62,175 bases of DNA from an uncultured Chthonomonadaceae bacterium. GTDB lineage: Bacteria; Armatimonadota; Chthonomonadetes; Chthonomonadales; Chthonomonadaceae. The DNA is taken from positions 1 to 62,175 of the forward strand of contig CAWFQB010000013.1 in NCBI GenBank assembly GCA_963817895.1, given 5' to 3'. Below the pieces are notes generated by a model. It did not search any database, had not been told where the DNA came from, and saw only the letters and a program-made list of their open reading frames with translations. This document shows positions 41,673 through 51,108 of the stretch, in pieces; within the stretch, counting starts at the first letter, position 1; each line of letters starts with the position of its first letter. The translations under genes were made by a program, and so were the position numbers.

Positions 41673-41868
41673 GATGTACTTCTGTGTTCATTTTGGACGA
41701 TGTAACAGGTTGAGAAACAGGCGTATTCATGCCGATATACAGAACACAGGCAGCCCAATGCTGCCTGTGTTTTTGATTTTCTGCGCGGGTGAGGCAGGAA
41801 TTTCGCGCAGTCGCGCGTAATAGTATCGTAGTCGCCCACAAGGCGTATCCTTCCGAACTCCTCATCCA

Positions 41869-43881
41869 ATGGAGTTCATGTTATCGGGTCAGGAAAACAC
41901 GATGGAGCTAACTCTTGCAGATGTTCGCGCGGCCCTGCCCGTCCGAAATCTCCTGCATCTTATGGCTTTGGCGCGGGAAGGGGATCGCCGCGAGGGAATC
42001 CTGCTGCGCCAGAGCAAAGGCTGGTTTCAGGTATCGGGTACGGGTCACGAGGCCCTTGCCGCGCTGATGTTCGCGCTGCGCCCCGACGATTATCTGTTCC
42101 CCTATTATCGCGACCGCGCGCTCGCCCTTGCGCGGGGAGTGAGCAATTACAATCTGGCCCTCGCCTACTTCGCCAAACGCGACAGCAGCAGCGGCGGGCG
42201 GCAAATGCCCGGACATGTCAGCGACCGTCAGCGCAACATCTTTTCCGTCGCCACTCCCACCGCCTCGCAATGCCTGCCCGCTGTGGGCGCGGCGTGGGGC
42301 TTTCGGATGCAGGGCAGCGATCAGGTTGTCGTCACGACCATTGGCGACGCGGCCACGCGGCAGGGCGAGTTTTACGAAGCCCTTGCCTTTGCCTTGCAGG
42401 AGAAACTGCCCGTCCTGTTTGTGATTGAAGACAACCGCTACGGCATCAGCACCCCGACCGCGAAGTTTTTTCCCTACAATCTCGGCGCGTTGGGCGAAGA
42501 CAGCCTGATACGCATTGACGCCCGCGATCCGTACCGCGTGTTTGAAGCCGGTCAGGAGTGGGCGGCGGGCGCGCGGATGGGCAATGGCCCCGCCGTCCTC
42601 TGGTGTGAACTGGACAGACTGTGTTCGCATACCAGCAGCGACGACCAGCGTTTGTACCGCGCCATTGAAGACATCGCCTGCGACTCGCAGCGCGATCCAC
42701 TGGAAATGCTGGCCCGCCGCCTGATTCTGGAAGGCCAATTAACGCTGGAAGAGTGGGAAGCGGAACAGGCGGCTATTGTCCGGCAGGTGGATGAGGAGTA
42801 CCGCGCAGCGGAAACCGCCGCCGACCCCGACCCTGCCGATGTGATGGCGCATCTGTTTGGCCCGCCCGCCCCGCTTTCCCCGCCGCCCGTCCAATTTTCC
42901 GGCGAGATCACGATGGTCAGCGCGGTCAATCAAACCCTGCTGCGCGCGCTTGCCTCCGATGAGCGCGTTGTTATGTTAGGCGAAGATATTGAAGACCCGA
43001 AAGGCGGCGTGTTTGGCCTGACGAAAGGATTGTCAAAGCAGTTTCCCGACCGCGTGTTCAATGCGCCTTTGGCTGAAGCGACGATTGTGGGCGCGGCAGT
43101 GGGACTGGCGAGCGTGGGCTGGAAACCCGTATTTGAAATCCAGTTTATAGATTTTCTCGCGCCCGCATTGAATCAACTGATGACGCAGGTGGCGTCATTG
43201 CGCTGGCGGACATGCGGCGAATGGTCGTGTCCCATGACCCTGATCGCCCCGTATGGCGCGTACCTTCCGGGCGGCAGTTTGTGGCACAGCGAAAGCAACG
43301 AGGGGATGTGGGCGCACATTCACGGCCTGAACGTCGTGGTTCCCAGCACCAGTGAGGACGCGGCGGGACTGTTATGGACCGCCATTCAGGGCAACGACCC
43401 GACCCTGTTCCTGTTGCCCAAACATATTTTCCGCAAGCGCGCGCCTGCCAACCCAAAGCCGGAAGCGATTCCGTTGGGGCAGGCGATTGTGCGGCGAACG
43501 GGCGAAGATGTTACGCTTGTGGCGTGGGGCAACTGCCTCGAACTGGCCGAAGAAGCCGCCGACCATGCCCACGATGAGGGCGTATCCGTCGAAATCATTG
43601 ACCTGCGCTGCATCGCGCCCTGCGACTACGCCACCATAGAAACGTCCCTGCGGCATACGGGGCGGCTTGTCGTGGTGCAGGAGGACGGGCGTACAACGGG
43701 TTTCGGGCAGTGCCTGATTACGGAAATGATTGCGACCCCGGAACGCTTCAACCTGTTCCTGTCCTCGCCGCAACTGGTAGCCCGCAAAGACACGCATATT
43801 CCCTATAATCCCATTTTGGAATACGCCGTGCTGCCCACGCTGGAACAGGTCATATCCGCTATACGGTTGACGATGGAGTAG
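41869..43881 (+). CDS. Fused 2-oxoacid dehydrogenase E1 alpha/beta (branched-chain type likely)
   Basis: GHEA, YYRDR, SGGRQMPGH, GDAATRQGEFYE...NRYGIS, HTSSDD, GEDI...GGVFG, PLAEATIVG, EIQFIDF. Confidence 0.9.
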   Translation: MEFMLSGQENTMELTLADVRAALPVRNLLHLMALAREGDRREGILLRQSKGWFQVSGTGHEALAALMFALRPDDYLFPYYRDRALALARGVSNYNLALAYFAKRDSSSGGRQMPGHVSDRQRNIFSVATPTASQCLPAVGAAWGFRMQGSDQVVVTTIGDAATRQGEFYEALAFALQEKLPVLFVIEDNRYGISTPTAKFFPYNLGALGEDSLIRIDARDPYRVFEAGQEWAAGARMGNGPAVLWCELDRLCSHTSSDDQRLYRAIEDIACDSQRDPLEMLARRLILEGQLTLEEWEAEQAAIVRQVDEEYRAAETAADPDPADVMAHLFGPPAPLSPPPVQFSGEITMVSAVNQTLLRALASDERVVMLGEDIEDPKGGVFGLTKGLSKQFPDRVFNAPLAEATIVGAAVGLASVGWKPVFEIQFIDFLAPALNQLMTQVASLRWRTCGEWSCPMTLIAPYGAYLPGGSLWHSESNEGMWAHIHGLNVVVPSTSEDAAGLLWTAIQGNDPTLFLLPKHIFRKRAPANPKPEAIPLGQAIVRRTGEDVTLVAWGNCLELAEEAADHAHDEGVSVEIIDLRCIAPCDYATIETSLRHTGRLVVVQEDGRTTGFGQCLITEMIATPERFNLFLSSPQLVARKDTHIPYNPILEYAVLPTLEQVISAIRLTME

Positions 43882-44144
43882 GGCAAAGGATAAGGGATGA
43901 GGGATGAAGGATGAAAAATTCCTCCTGCCTTCTTTGCTTTTTGCCACGACAAAAATAATGCGGAAAATGACCACAAAATAGGCACATTCGCGGTTTGGTT
44001 TGGCTTGATTTGCCTGCCGGATGTGATATAATAACTCGGTTTGCGGTTTATGGCGTATAGCGTCGGGCCGCATCACTTAAATCGAAAATACAACTCAGCC
44101 GGACAGAACAACGAAGTGCTGTCCCAAATCAGCGAGGCAGGCTC

Positions 44145-44312
44145 ATGGAAACCAACACGATGGAATGGCAAAGCGCCGAAATGCCCACCGCAGGGCCGTC
44201 ACTCGACTTTATTTGCGCAGTCGCGGAACTGCTCGAAACCGACCCCAACGACATTCTCGCCGAATTGGGCTACACGCCCCCGGTACTGGAAGCGGTTCTG
44301 GTAGAGGCCTGA
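44145..44312 (+). CDS. Small 55-aa protein resembling the C-terminal half of an XRE HTH (not in ORF track)
   Basis: METNTMEWQSAEMPTAGPSLDFICAVAELLETDPNDILAELGY...; RBS gaggcagg. Confidence 0.5.
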   Translation: METNTMEWQSAEMPTAGPSLDFICAVAELLETDPNDILAELGYTPPVLEAVLVEA

Positions 44313-44446
44313 ACGTTGTGGCAGTCGCTATGAGGGGATGATGTTGGTTCCCGCGCCTGCCTGTTCCTCATCGCTGATGGCTACTCTGATCATGTTTATC
44401 GCCTGATACGCTGTTTTGTTCGCGCGCTTACGATGACTATAGTAAC

Positions 44447-44476
44447 AACGGCAAAGACAAACGTGTCTTTGCCGTT
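44447..44476. terminator. 13-bp perfect hairpin, possible terminator
   Basis: aacggcaaagaca-aacg-tgtctttgccgtt. Confidence 0.55.
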
Positions 44477-44527
44477 ATTGCCGTTTGCTTGCATCGCTTT
44501 TCATTGCTTTACTTTGAAGGACGCGCT

Positions 44528-44827
44528 ATGAATTTGCGCCAGAACACTTCCGGGCAAACTGAAAACGCATCTCAACAATCCGCTACCGAAACATCTTCCG
44601 TCGCTGGCAGCGCGGAAGAAATGTCGGCTCTGGAACAGGTTCGCGTAAATTTGGCGCAGCCTGCCCCTCCCGATTTTTTCATGCCGCCTATTGGCGAAGC
44701 GTTGCGCGCTTCGGACGCGAAAACGCGCGTTGACGCGCATATCGCTATGATGCAGGTGATGTCCACTCTGGACAAAGCCGGCGCGCAAAAGCAAAAGTCT
44801 GAGGAGATTGCAGCAAAGCGTGGATGA
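44528..44827 (+). CDS. Hypothetical protein
   Basis: RBS aagga; overlaps the start of the next ORF. Confidence 0.5.
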   Translation: MNLRQNTSGQTENASQQSATETSSVAGSAEEMSALEQVRVNLAQPAPPDFFMPPIGEALRASDAKTRVDAHIAMMQVMSTLDKAGAQKQKSEEIAAKRG

Positions 44828-45545
44828 CATCATGCGGCGGCTGATGGCGGAAACCGTTCTGGCGCGTCGGCGCAAAATGCAACGGCGTCTGAAGATTACC
44901 GGGTTCGTAGCGACTATCGTTTTTCTTGTATGGGCCTCGCACTGGAATATAGCGGGTAACTGGTGGTTTTTCTGGTGGATTGGCAGTGGCGCGTGGGCCG
45001 CAGATCAGACAATGGGCAAGCAGCGCAAATCGGTGAGCGAATTGCGGCAGGCGGGCGACCCGCGCGCGGTTGGCGTGCTGGCGATTGCCGCCCGCGATAC
45101 GGAAACATCCGTGCGCGTCCCCGCGCAGCAGGCGCTTCGCGAATTATTGCCGCGAGTTCGCGCCGACCATGCCGGGGACATTACGCCTGCGCAGATGAAC
45201 GCCCTGCTGGAACTGGCGTTCCGTTCCGAACCCGCTCTGCAAATCGCTGTGCTGCAAGGGCTGGAACAGATCGGTGACGGGCGCGCGGTTCCCGTCGTTC
45301 AAAATCTGAGTCTGTCCGCGCATCCGCATGTGCGCGATCAGGCCACCCACTGCCTGCCCTATCTGACGGAGCGCGTTCGCCGCGCCGAACAAAGCGCCAC
45401 CCTGTTGCGCGGCACGGTCAGCCCCGCCCAAACCGCCGCGCCGCATGAACTGCTGCGTTCCGTCAGCCAACCTGCCGACAACACGCCCGCCAGCGAACTT
45501 CTCCGGCCCGACTCCGACATGCGCGAACAACCTGAAACCCTGTAA
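44808..45545 (+). CDS. Membrane protein with HEAT-like repeats
   Basis: Trp-rich TM segments; GDPRAVGVL and LEQIGDGRAVPVV repeats. Confidence 0.7.
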   Translation: MQQSVDDIMRRLMAETVLARRRKMQRRLKITGFVATIVFLVWASHWNIAGNWWFFWWIGSGAWAADQTMGKQRKSVSELRQAGDPRAVGVLAIAARDTETSVRVPAQQALRELLPRVRADHAGDITPAQMNALLELAFRSEPALQIAVLQGLEQIGDGRAVPVVQNLSLSAHPHVRDQATHCLPYLTERVRRAEQSATLLRGTVSPAQTAAPHELLRSVSQPADNTPASELLRPDSDMREQPETL

Positions 45546-45671
45546 AGAGGAAAGCCGAACACAGGCGGGTCGCGAAGCCGATTGTAGAACGCTGTCGCCT
45601 TTATTCGCGTCCATTCGCGTTGATTTGCGGCAAAATTCTTAAAGTTCTTCAAAGGGGCGGCGGCAAATCGC

Positions 45672-46043
45672 TTACGGCCCGACAGTCACTTCCCATACAT
45701 ACTGCGGCTGCGTTTGTTTGCAGATAACGCTTTTGCTGTGGGTGTTCAGCCGATCCAACACTTTGCCCTGCGCGTCCTCAATCTGTATGTTGTCAATGTC
45801 GCCATCCAGAGCAAGGTTTTGCGCGAGTTCCTGCCGCTTACCGGGCGCAACCGTATCCAGCCGCATATCCGGCATTCCCCGCGCGGGATTGTTGAGATGA
45901 TGAACCACAATGGGTACGGCATAGTTGTTGCGTGCGTAAACGCGGCAGTCCGGGTCGCAGCCGCCCCCGATGCCCCACAGCACAAGCGGAATTGCCCCGG
46001 CCAACACTGCCCCCAGCCCCAAACGAAAGATCATTCTCAACAT
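45672..46043 (-). CDS. Exported hypothetical protein
   Basis: N-terminal hydrophobic segment followed by GGCDPDC; ggagg RBS. Confidence 0.6.
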   Translation of the reverse strand: MLRMIFRLGLGAVLAGAIPLVLWGIGGGCDPDCRVYARNNYAVPIVVHHLNNPARGMPDMRLDTVAPGKRQELAQNLALDGDIDNIQIEDAQGKVLDRLNTHSKSVICKQTQPQYVWEVTVGP

Positions 46044-46218
46044 AGCCTCCACTCTCCACAGCCAGCAAACAGGTAAATAGCAGGCAGGAACAGGTTGAAG
46101 ATAGAACACGCTGAACCCTATACGCAGTATAGCACAATGTACTTTGCTATACAAAGTATCTGCGGGATTTTTCATCCTTCATCCTTCATCCTTCATCCTT
46201 CCGCCTTCATCCTTTGCC

Positions 46219-47345
46219 TCACCAGTCCGCCATGCTGCCGTCGTCGGCATGGAACCAGCGGCCCGGATCGGGAAGGGGTGAAAGCGGATGCGCGGCAAGG
46301 TAGGCTTCGTCCACTTCGATGCCCAATCCCGGCGCGGTGCGGCAGGTCAATGTAGCCGTCTTTCACGACAAACGGTTCTTTGAGATAGCCCGCGCCCAAT
46401 CCCGCCGGGTCTACAAACTCCTGAATGAGAAAATTGGGGGCGCAGGCGTCCACTTGCAGGCAGGCGGCGAGATTGATGGGGCCGTAGGGATTATGCGGGG
46501 CAAGCGCGGCGTAATAGGTTTCGGCCATGCTCCCGATGTGCCGCGTCTGCCAGATGCCGCCCGTCACGCACGGGTCGGGCTGCACAATCGCCGCCCCGCC
46601 CTTTTCCAGAACTTCGCGGAAACCCCAGTGGGTAATCAGGCGTTCGCCGGTCGCAATCGGCGTTTTGAACTGCTGCGCGACGCGGACAAGCGCGTCCACG
46701 TTTTCGGGCAGAACGGGTTCCTCAATAAACATCGGGCGGAACGGGCGCATGGCCTCCTCCATCCAGATCGCCATTGCGGGACTGACGCGCCCGTGAAAAT
46801 CCAGCAGAATATCCACATTCGGCCCGACGGCTTCGCGAACGGCTTGAACGCGCGCGGCGGCATCGTCCACAAGCCCGGAATGGTCTACCAGCCGCACCTG
46901 CTCGAACGGGCAGAACTTCATGGCGGTAAAGCCACGCGCAACGGCCTGTTTCGCGCTTTCGGCTAATGCTTCCGGCGTACTGCCATGCGCGCGGGTGTAC
47001 ATGCGGATGCGGTCACGGACATTTCCGCCCAAGTAATTGCCAGACGGGCGCATTGAGCGATTTGCCCAGAATGTCCCACATCGCCATTTCCAGCCCGCTG
47101 ATAGCCGCGCACAAATGCAGGCTGTCGCGCCAGAACGCGCCCCGGTACAGGCTTTGCCAGTGGTGCATCACGCGGCGCGGGTCTTCGCCGATGAGCGCGT
47201 GTTCGCAGCTTCGGACGCCCTCGGCCACCATAAACGCCTTGTCGCCCAGACATTCGCCCCAACCCGTCAGACCCTCATCCGTTTCCATTTTCACAAACAG
47301 CCAGCGCGGCTGCACGGGTATCGTATGGATGCGCGTAATTTTCAC
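46219..47345 (-). CDS. dgoD: Galactonate dehydratase (enolase superfamily), two frameshifts
   Basis: KIT...PRWLFVK.ETDEG..GWGE, LWDI.GK, DFHGR, FIEEP, IATGERL, QPD, APHNP.GP, FLIQE; C-terminal frame WFHADDGSMADW*. Confidence 0.85.
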
Positions 47346-47558
47346 CGCCGATGTCCTCCTCATCAAGAATGGCGTTAAATTCCGCGCCTACCCCGCAGGA
47401 ACCTGCACAAACAACACAAACAACGCAAACTACAATTGTTCTCTTGTCTTTTCGTATTAAAATCAGCAGGAAGTACGCGCCGCAAACACGAACTTCTTTG
47501 TAATCATTCGGCTCCGGCAGCCGCGCGCAGAGAAAAGAGACAACATGCGCTGGAAAAG

Positions 47559-48455
47559 GTGAAAGGACACATAGCCCACGACCAACTATTCAAGGAACTG
47601 CTGCAAGCCTTTCTGCGCGAGTTCATGGAACTGTTCTTTCCCCATATCGCCGCCCGTCTGGATTGGCAACAGGTGACATTTCCGAACACGGAACTGTTTA
47701 CCGATGTGCCGGAGGGCAGCGTTCGTCGCGCGGATACCGTTGCGCTTGTGCCAACATTGGACGGCGACCCGGAGTTGGTCTTGATCAACGTGGAAACGCA
47801 ATCAGAACGCCGGAGCGAAGTGCGATTCCGCGTGTTCGAGTATTACATGCTGCTGCGCCTGCGCTACAAACTGCCCGTATTCCCTATTGCCCTCTACATT
47901 GTGCCGGGAACCGGAGGCATCACGCATGAAACGTATCAGGAGAGTTTGTTCGACACGGATATTCTCACCTTCAACTATGCGGCTATCGGCCTGCCGGAAC
48001 TGCAAGCCGACGACTATCTGTACCGCGACAATCCGCTTGCCGCCGCGCTTACCGCTCTGATGAAAGCCAGCCGGGAAGGGCGTCCGCGCCAGAAGCAAGT
48101 GAGTTTGCAGCAGGTGGCCGTCAGCGACGTAGATGAAGCGCGTAAATTCCTGCTCACCAACCTGATTGAAACGTATCTGACCATGAACACGTCGGAACAA
48201 GAGCAGTTCCAGCAACTTTTGGCAACACCCGAAGCAGAGGAGGCAAGACAAATGATTAGCATCTACGAAGTGCGTGGGCGCGCGGAAGGTAAACGCGACA
48301 CTCTTCTCAAACAACTGCGTTTTAAGTTCGGCTCACTGCCGGAACGTACTGAGGCAAACCTGTACGCTGTTACAAGCGAGGCTGAACTGGATACGCTTTT
48401 AGAGCGCGTGTTGACAGCCAACTCTTTGCGGGATATGAGTTTGGAAGTGGAGTGA
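47559..48455 (+). CDS. Rpn family recombination-promoting nuclease/putative transposase (PD-(D/E)xK, DUF4351-like tail)
   Basis: HDQLFKELL..F..EFMELFFP, RRAD, NVETQ, NPLAAAL..LM, QL..KFG.LP; start codon uncertain. Confidence 0.85.
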   Translation: MKGHIAHDQLFKELLQAFLREFMELFFPHIAARLDWQQVTFPNTELFTDVPEGSVRRADTVALVPTLDGDPELVLINVETQSERRSEVRFRVFEYYMLLRLRYKLPVFPIALYIVPGTGGITHETYQESLFDTDILTFNYAAIGLPELQADDYLYRDNPLAAALTALMKASREGRPRQKQVSLQQVAVSDVDEARKFLLTNLIETYLTMNTSEQEQFQQLLATPEAEEARQMISIYEVRGRAEGKRDTLLKQLRFKFGSLPERTEANLYAVTSEAELDTLLERVLTANSLRDMSLEVE

Positions 48456-48757
48456 GAACCATGATAGCAAACGCCGCGTTGTTGGGCGTCCTTCCAGACG
48501 GGGAAGAGCGTCACATCTCCATCGAAATTGGACAGCCCTATGCGGCTTCGGCAGACGAATGGCGTTGCCCGGTTGCAGTGCATGGGTTGCATGACCGACT
48601 GGCCGACATTGCAGGAGTAGATTCCCTTCAATCGTTGACTCTGGCGTTGCGGTTGGTTCATAAATTGTTGTCGCATTTCGAGGCGGCAGGCGGGCAGTTG
48701 CTTGATCCAAAAACTCGAATGGCATTTTCTCAGCAATCTTATTTTGCGCAAGAGTGA
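48452..48757 (+). CDS. DUF6968-like small protein
   Basis: I.IGQPY....W.C...G......GVDSLQSL.LA. Confidence 0.6.
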   Translation: MRTMIANAALLGVLPDGEERHISIEIGQPYAASADEWRCPVAVHGLHDRLADIAGVDSLQSLTLALRLVHKLLSHFEAAGGQLLDPKTRMAFSQQSYFAQE

Positions 48758-48859
48758 TTCCGTCCGACTCACCTCCGTAGAGCTTGCGGCTCAAAGCGAT
48801 GTTGCCGGTTTTCACACTGCGAAAATCAGCGCGGATACGGATGAAGGGAACTTAATTTC

Positions 48860-49375
48860 ATGATAGACATACTGCGTCGATTGCAGCGGATTGCGCTGCG
48901 GCGTGGACAGCAGGAGTTTGAACGCTGGCACGAGACCTGGAACCCGCCCTATTCCCTGCTCGGAACCGCCGGAGTGGTGGCTCTGATGGGAGCCGGGTTA
49001 TGCCTGCTGTGTACCATGTTCGCGACAACCATTCTCCTGTGGGAAATACGCCATGATCCGATGTTCTGGATGCTGGTGGTGATAATCTCCTTTCTGTATG
49101 GCGCGATACCCGGTCTGGCATTGGGCGCGGCATCGGGACTGGCGCAGGCGCTGGTGTGGACGCGACGCTCACGGCTGGCCGGCATCGCCTGTGTTGTGGG
49201 AAGCGCGGTGGTGACGGGGCGGCTGATTTTGCTGATGGCAGATATGCTGCAATACGACCCCGAATGGCGGACAAACCTGCTGCAAATGCTGTTTTTGTTC
49301 GCTTCGCCGCTGCTGTGGGGCGTCATTCTGCTGGTCAAGGGCATCCGCCTGCTGACCAAAACCAAATCGTCATAA
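48860..49375 (+). CDS. Four-TM membrane protein, paralog 1
   Basis: Hydrophobic; GxxxG-rich helix; aligns by eye with paralogs 2 and 3. Confidence 0.75.
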   Translation: MIDILRRLQRIALRRGQQEFERWHETWNPPYSLLGTAGVVALMGAGLCLLCTMFATTILLWEIRHDPMFWMLVVIISFLYGAIPGLALGAASGLAQALVWTRRSRLAGIACVVGSAVVTGRLILLMADMLQYDPEWRTNLLQMLFLFASPLLWGVILLVKGIRLLTKTKSS

Positions 49376-49487
49376 ACATGGTTTCAGGGTTTCAGGGCGC
49401 TATGGTTTTATGTGATCCAAATTTTGCCGCACTCTCCTGATGACCTGAAACCTTAAAACCCTGAAACCCTGTACCGGAGGTATTTTC

Positions 49488-50006
49488 ATGTGGAACGAGC
49501 TGAAACGTTGGATACGCAGCCTTGATGAGCAGGGCCGCTCCCGGTTTACGGGGCTGGTTTCCGACAGGGAGCGGTCTGCCGCAATGATTGCCAACACGGG
49601 CATCGGGGCGGCAAGCGGGTTCGCGGTGATGTCGTCGCTGTACTTCGCGCTGTACCTGATAATGGCAATCATTTTTTTACGCGATGAACTGGGCAACCCG
49701 CAATTGTGGCTACAGCTCTATTACGTCAGCCTGTTATTTGGATTTGTGCAGGGCGGCGGGATGGGCGGCATGGTAGGCCGAAGCCTGTCGCTGCTGTGGC
49801 AGAACAGGCGGCGTAAGGCCGCCCTGACCTGTCTGGAGGGCGGCACGCTGGTCATTGCCTGTCTTGTCCTGTTCACCTATCGCCTTTATGATCCGTCCAT
49901 TCCGCTGTTGACCCACATCTTGTGGACGCTGCTCCTGTTCAGCCCCGGCTATCTCGCCGCCGCCGCTATCCTGACCTGGGGCGTCAATTTGTTGAGTAAG
50001 GAATAG
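49488..50006 (+). CDS. Four-TM membrane protein, paralog 2
   Basis: EQGRSRF, FGFVQG, LWQNRR.KA, FSPGY, WG..LLSKE. Confidence 0.8.
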   Translation: MWNELKRWIRSLDEQGRSRFTGLVSDRERSAAMIANTGIGAASGFAVMSSLYFALYLIMAIIFLRDELGNPQLWLQLYYVSLLFGFVQGGGMGGMVGRSLSLLWQNRRRKAALTCLEGGTLVIACLVLFTYRLYDPSIPLLTHILWTLLLFSPGYLAAAAILTWGVNLLSKE

Positions 50007-50010
50007 GGAT

Positions 50011-50133
50011 GTAGGTTGTTAGTTGTTAGGCGAAGAGTTGTTTTTCTGCGTTCATCAAACCTGATTAACTAACAACCTGATTAACTAACAACCTAACAAC
50101 CAACAACCTAACAACCTAACAACTAACAACCTA
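50011..50133. repeat. Inverted arrays (GTTGTTAG)n / (CTAACAAC)n
   Basis: 50011-50030 and 50060-50133. A similar TTTCAGGG/CCCTGAAA pair lies at 49381-49471. Confidence 0.85.
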
Positions 50134-50149
50134 TCCTCGGAGGTGCTTA

Positions 50150-50674
50150 ATGTCGAATCCGCTGATACGCTTCATCGAAAGCCAGAACGAGCAGGGCCGC
50201 GCCCGGTTTGCCGCGCTGAATACCGATACGGAACGCCTGATTCATACCAAATACACGGCGGGCGTGGCGTCCGTCGTGATGGCTATCGCGTTCGTGATCT
50301 TGTACATTCCCGTGTTGAGCGTGATGTACGTTCATTTTGTGCCGCCGGAGTATCGCCACCCGATGGTATGGAAGTACCTGGTGTATCTCAGCGTCTGGTT
50401 CGGCGGGATTCAGGGCAGCGCGGCGGGCAGCGTGATCGGGTGGGGATTGGGGCTGTTCTGGCAGAACAAACGACACAAGGCGGGCGTGGTGCTGGCTGTC
50501 GGGGGAGCCATCGGTCTCTTCCTGCTGATTCTGTTCCAGTCCATCTACTTTGACATTGTTGACATGCCGCTCGATAAGTATATCTTCTGGGCCGTGTTCG
50601 CGTTCAGCCCCGCGTACTTCACGGCTTCCAGCGGGCTAGCCTGGGGCCTGACGCTGCTGACGAGCAAAGAATAG
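50150..50674 (+). CDS. Four-TM membrane protein, paralog 3
   Basis: EQGRARF, FGGIQG, FWQNKR.KA, FSPAY, WG..LLTSKE. Confidence 0.8.
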   Translation: MSNPLIRFIESQNEQGRARFAALNTDTERLIHTKYTAGVASVVMAIAFVILYIPVLSVMYVHFVPPEYRHPMVWKYLVYLSVWFGGIQGSAAGSVIGWGLGLFWQNKRHKAGVVLAVGGAIGLFLLILFQSIYFDIVDMPLDKYIFWAVFAFSPAYFTASSGLAWGLTLLTSKE

Positions 50675-50686
50675 CCCTCAATGAAT

Positions 50687-50714
50687 GGCGTCCACTTGTG
50701 GACATACCCCTTCT
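50687..50714 (+). repeat. 28-bp exact direct repeat (second copy 59321-59348)
   Basis: ggcgtccacttgtggacataccccttct. Confidence 0.85.
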
Positions 50715-50820
50715 TCCACAAAACGTATTTCCAAAGCGAAGCAGAAATACGGAACCTGAGGGCAGGGGAGCCGCTCATACTTGTGTGAGGGATAAATGCT
50801 TCTGTGAAGGAGAAACCGTT

Positions 50821-51108
50821 TTGAGCAAACTGCGCCAGCAAATTCTCATTTTACACCTATCGAACTCCGAACTGGACTCGCAAACCGTTGCCTGGGCGCT
50901 GTACGATGGCGCGGCCCCGGCAGACAAAATCCAGATGCAGTCGGGCGATCAGGACAAACCGCCGTACCGTTCCGTTTTGGACGCCATGCGCGACGGGTGG
51001 TTTGTGATGCAGGTTCCGACACTGCCCTACTATGTGCGCGGGCATGACCATGAGGTGGGCCATTTGCCCTACGAATACGCGCTGGAAAGAAAGGTGGAAG
51101 TGGAATGA
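50821..51108 (+). CDS. Small hypothetical protein coupled to PhyH dioxygenase
   Basis: TTG start after aaggaga; RQQILIL...W..YDG...PPY...LDAM.DGW; stop overlaps the next start. Confidence 0.7.
   Translation: MSKLRQQILILHLSNSELDSQTVAWALYDGAAPADKIQMQSGDQDKPPYRSVLDAMRDGWFVMQVPTLPYYVRGHDHEVGHLPYEYALERKVEVE

Noticed and set aside
46193..46218. dgoD C-terminus encoded by the TTCATCC array
   Set aside because: The conserved ending (DGSMADW*) is in another frame and stops at 46219, before the array.
50011..50133. Integron attC site (GTTAGGC / ACCTAAC present)
   Set aside because: The order is reversed relative to attC (GTTRRRY precedes RYYYAAC), the motifs are part of an octamer array, and no integrase is present.
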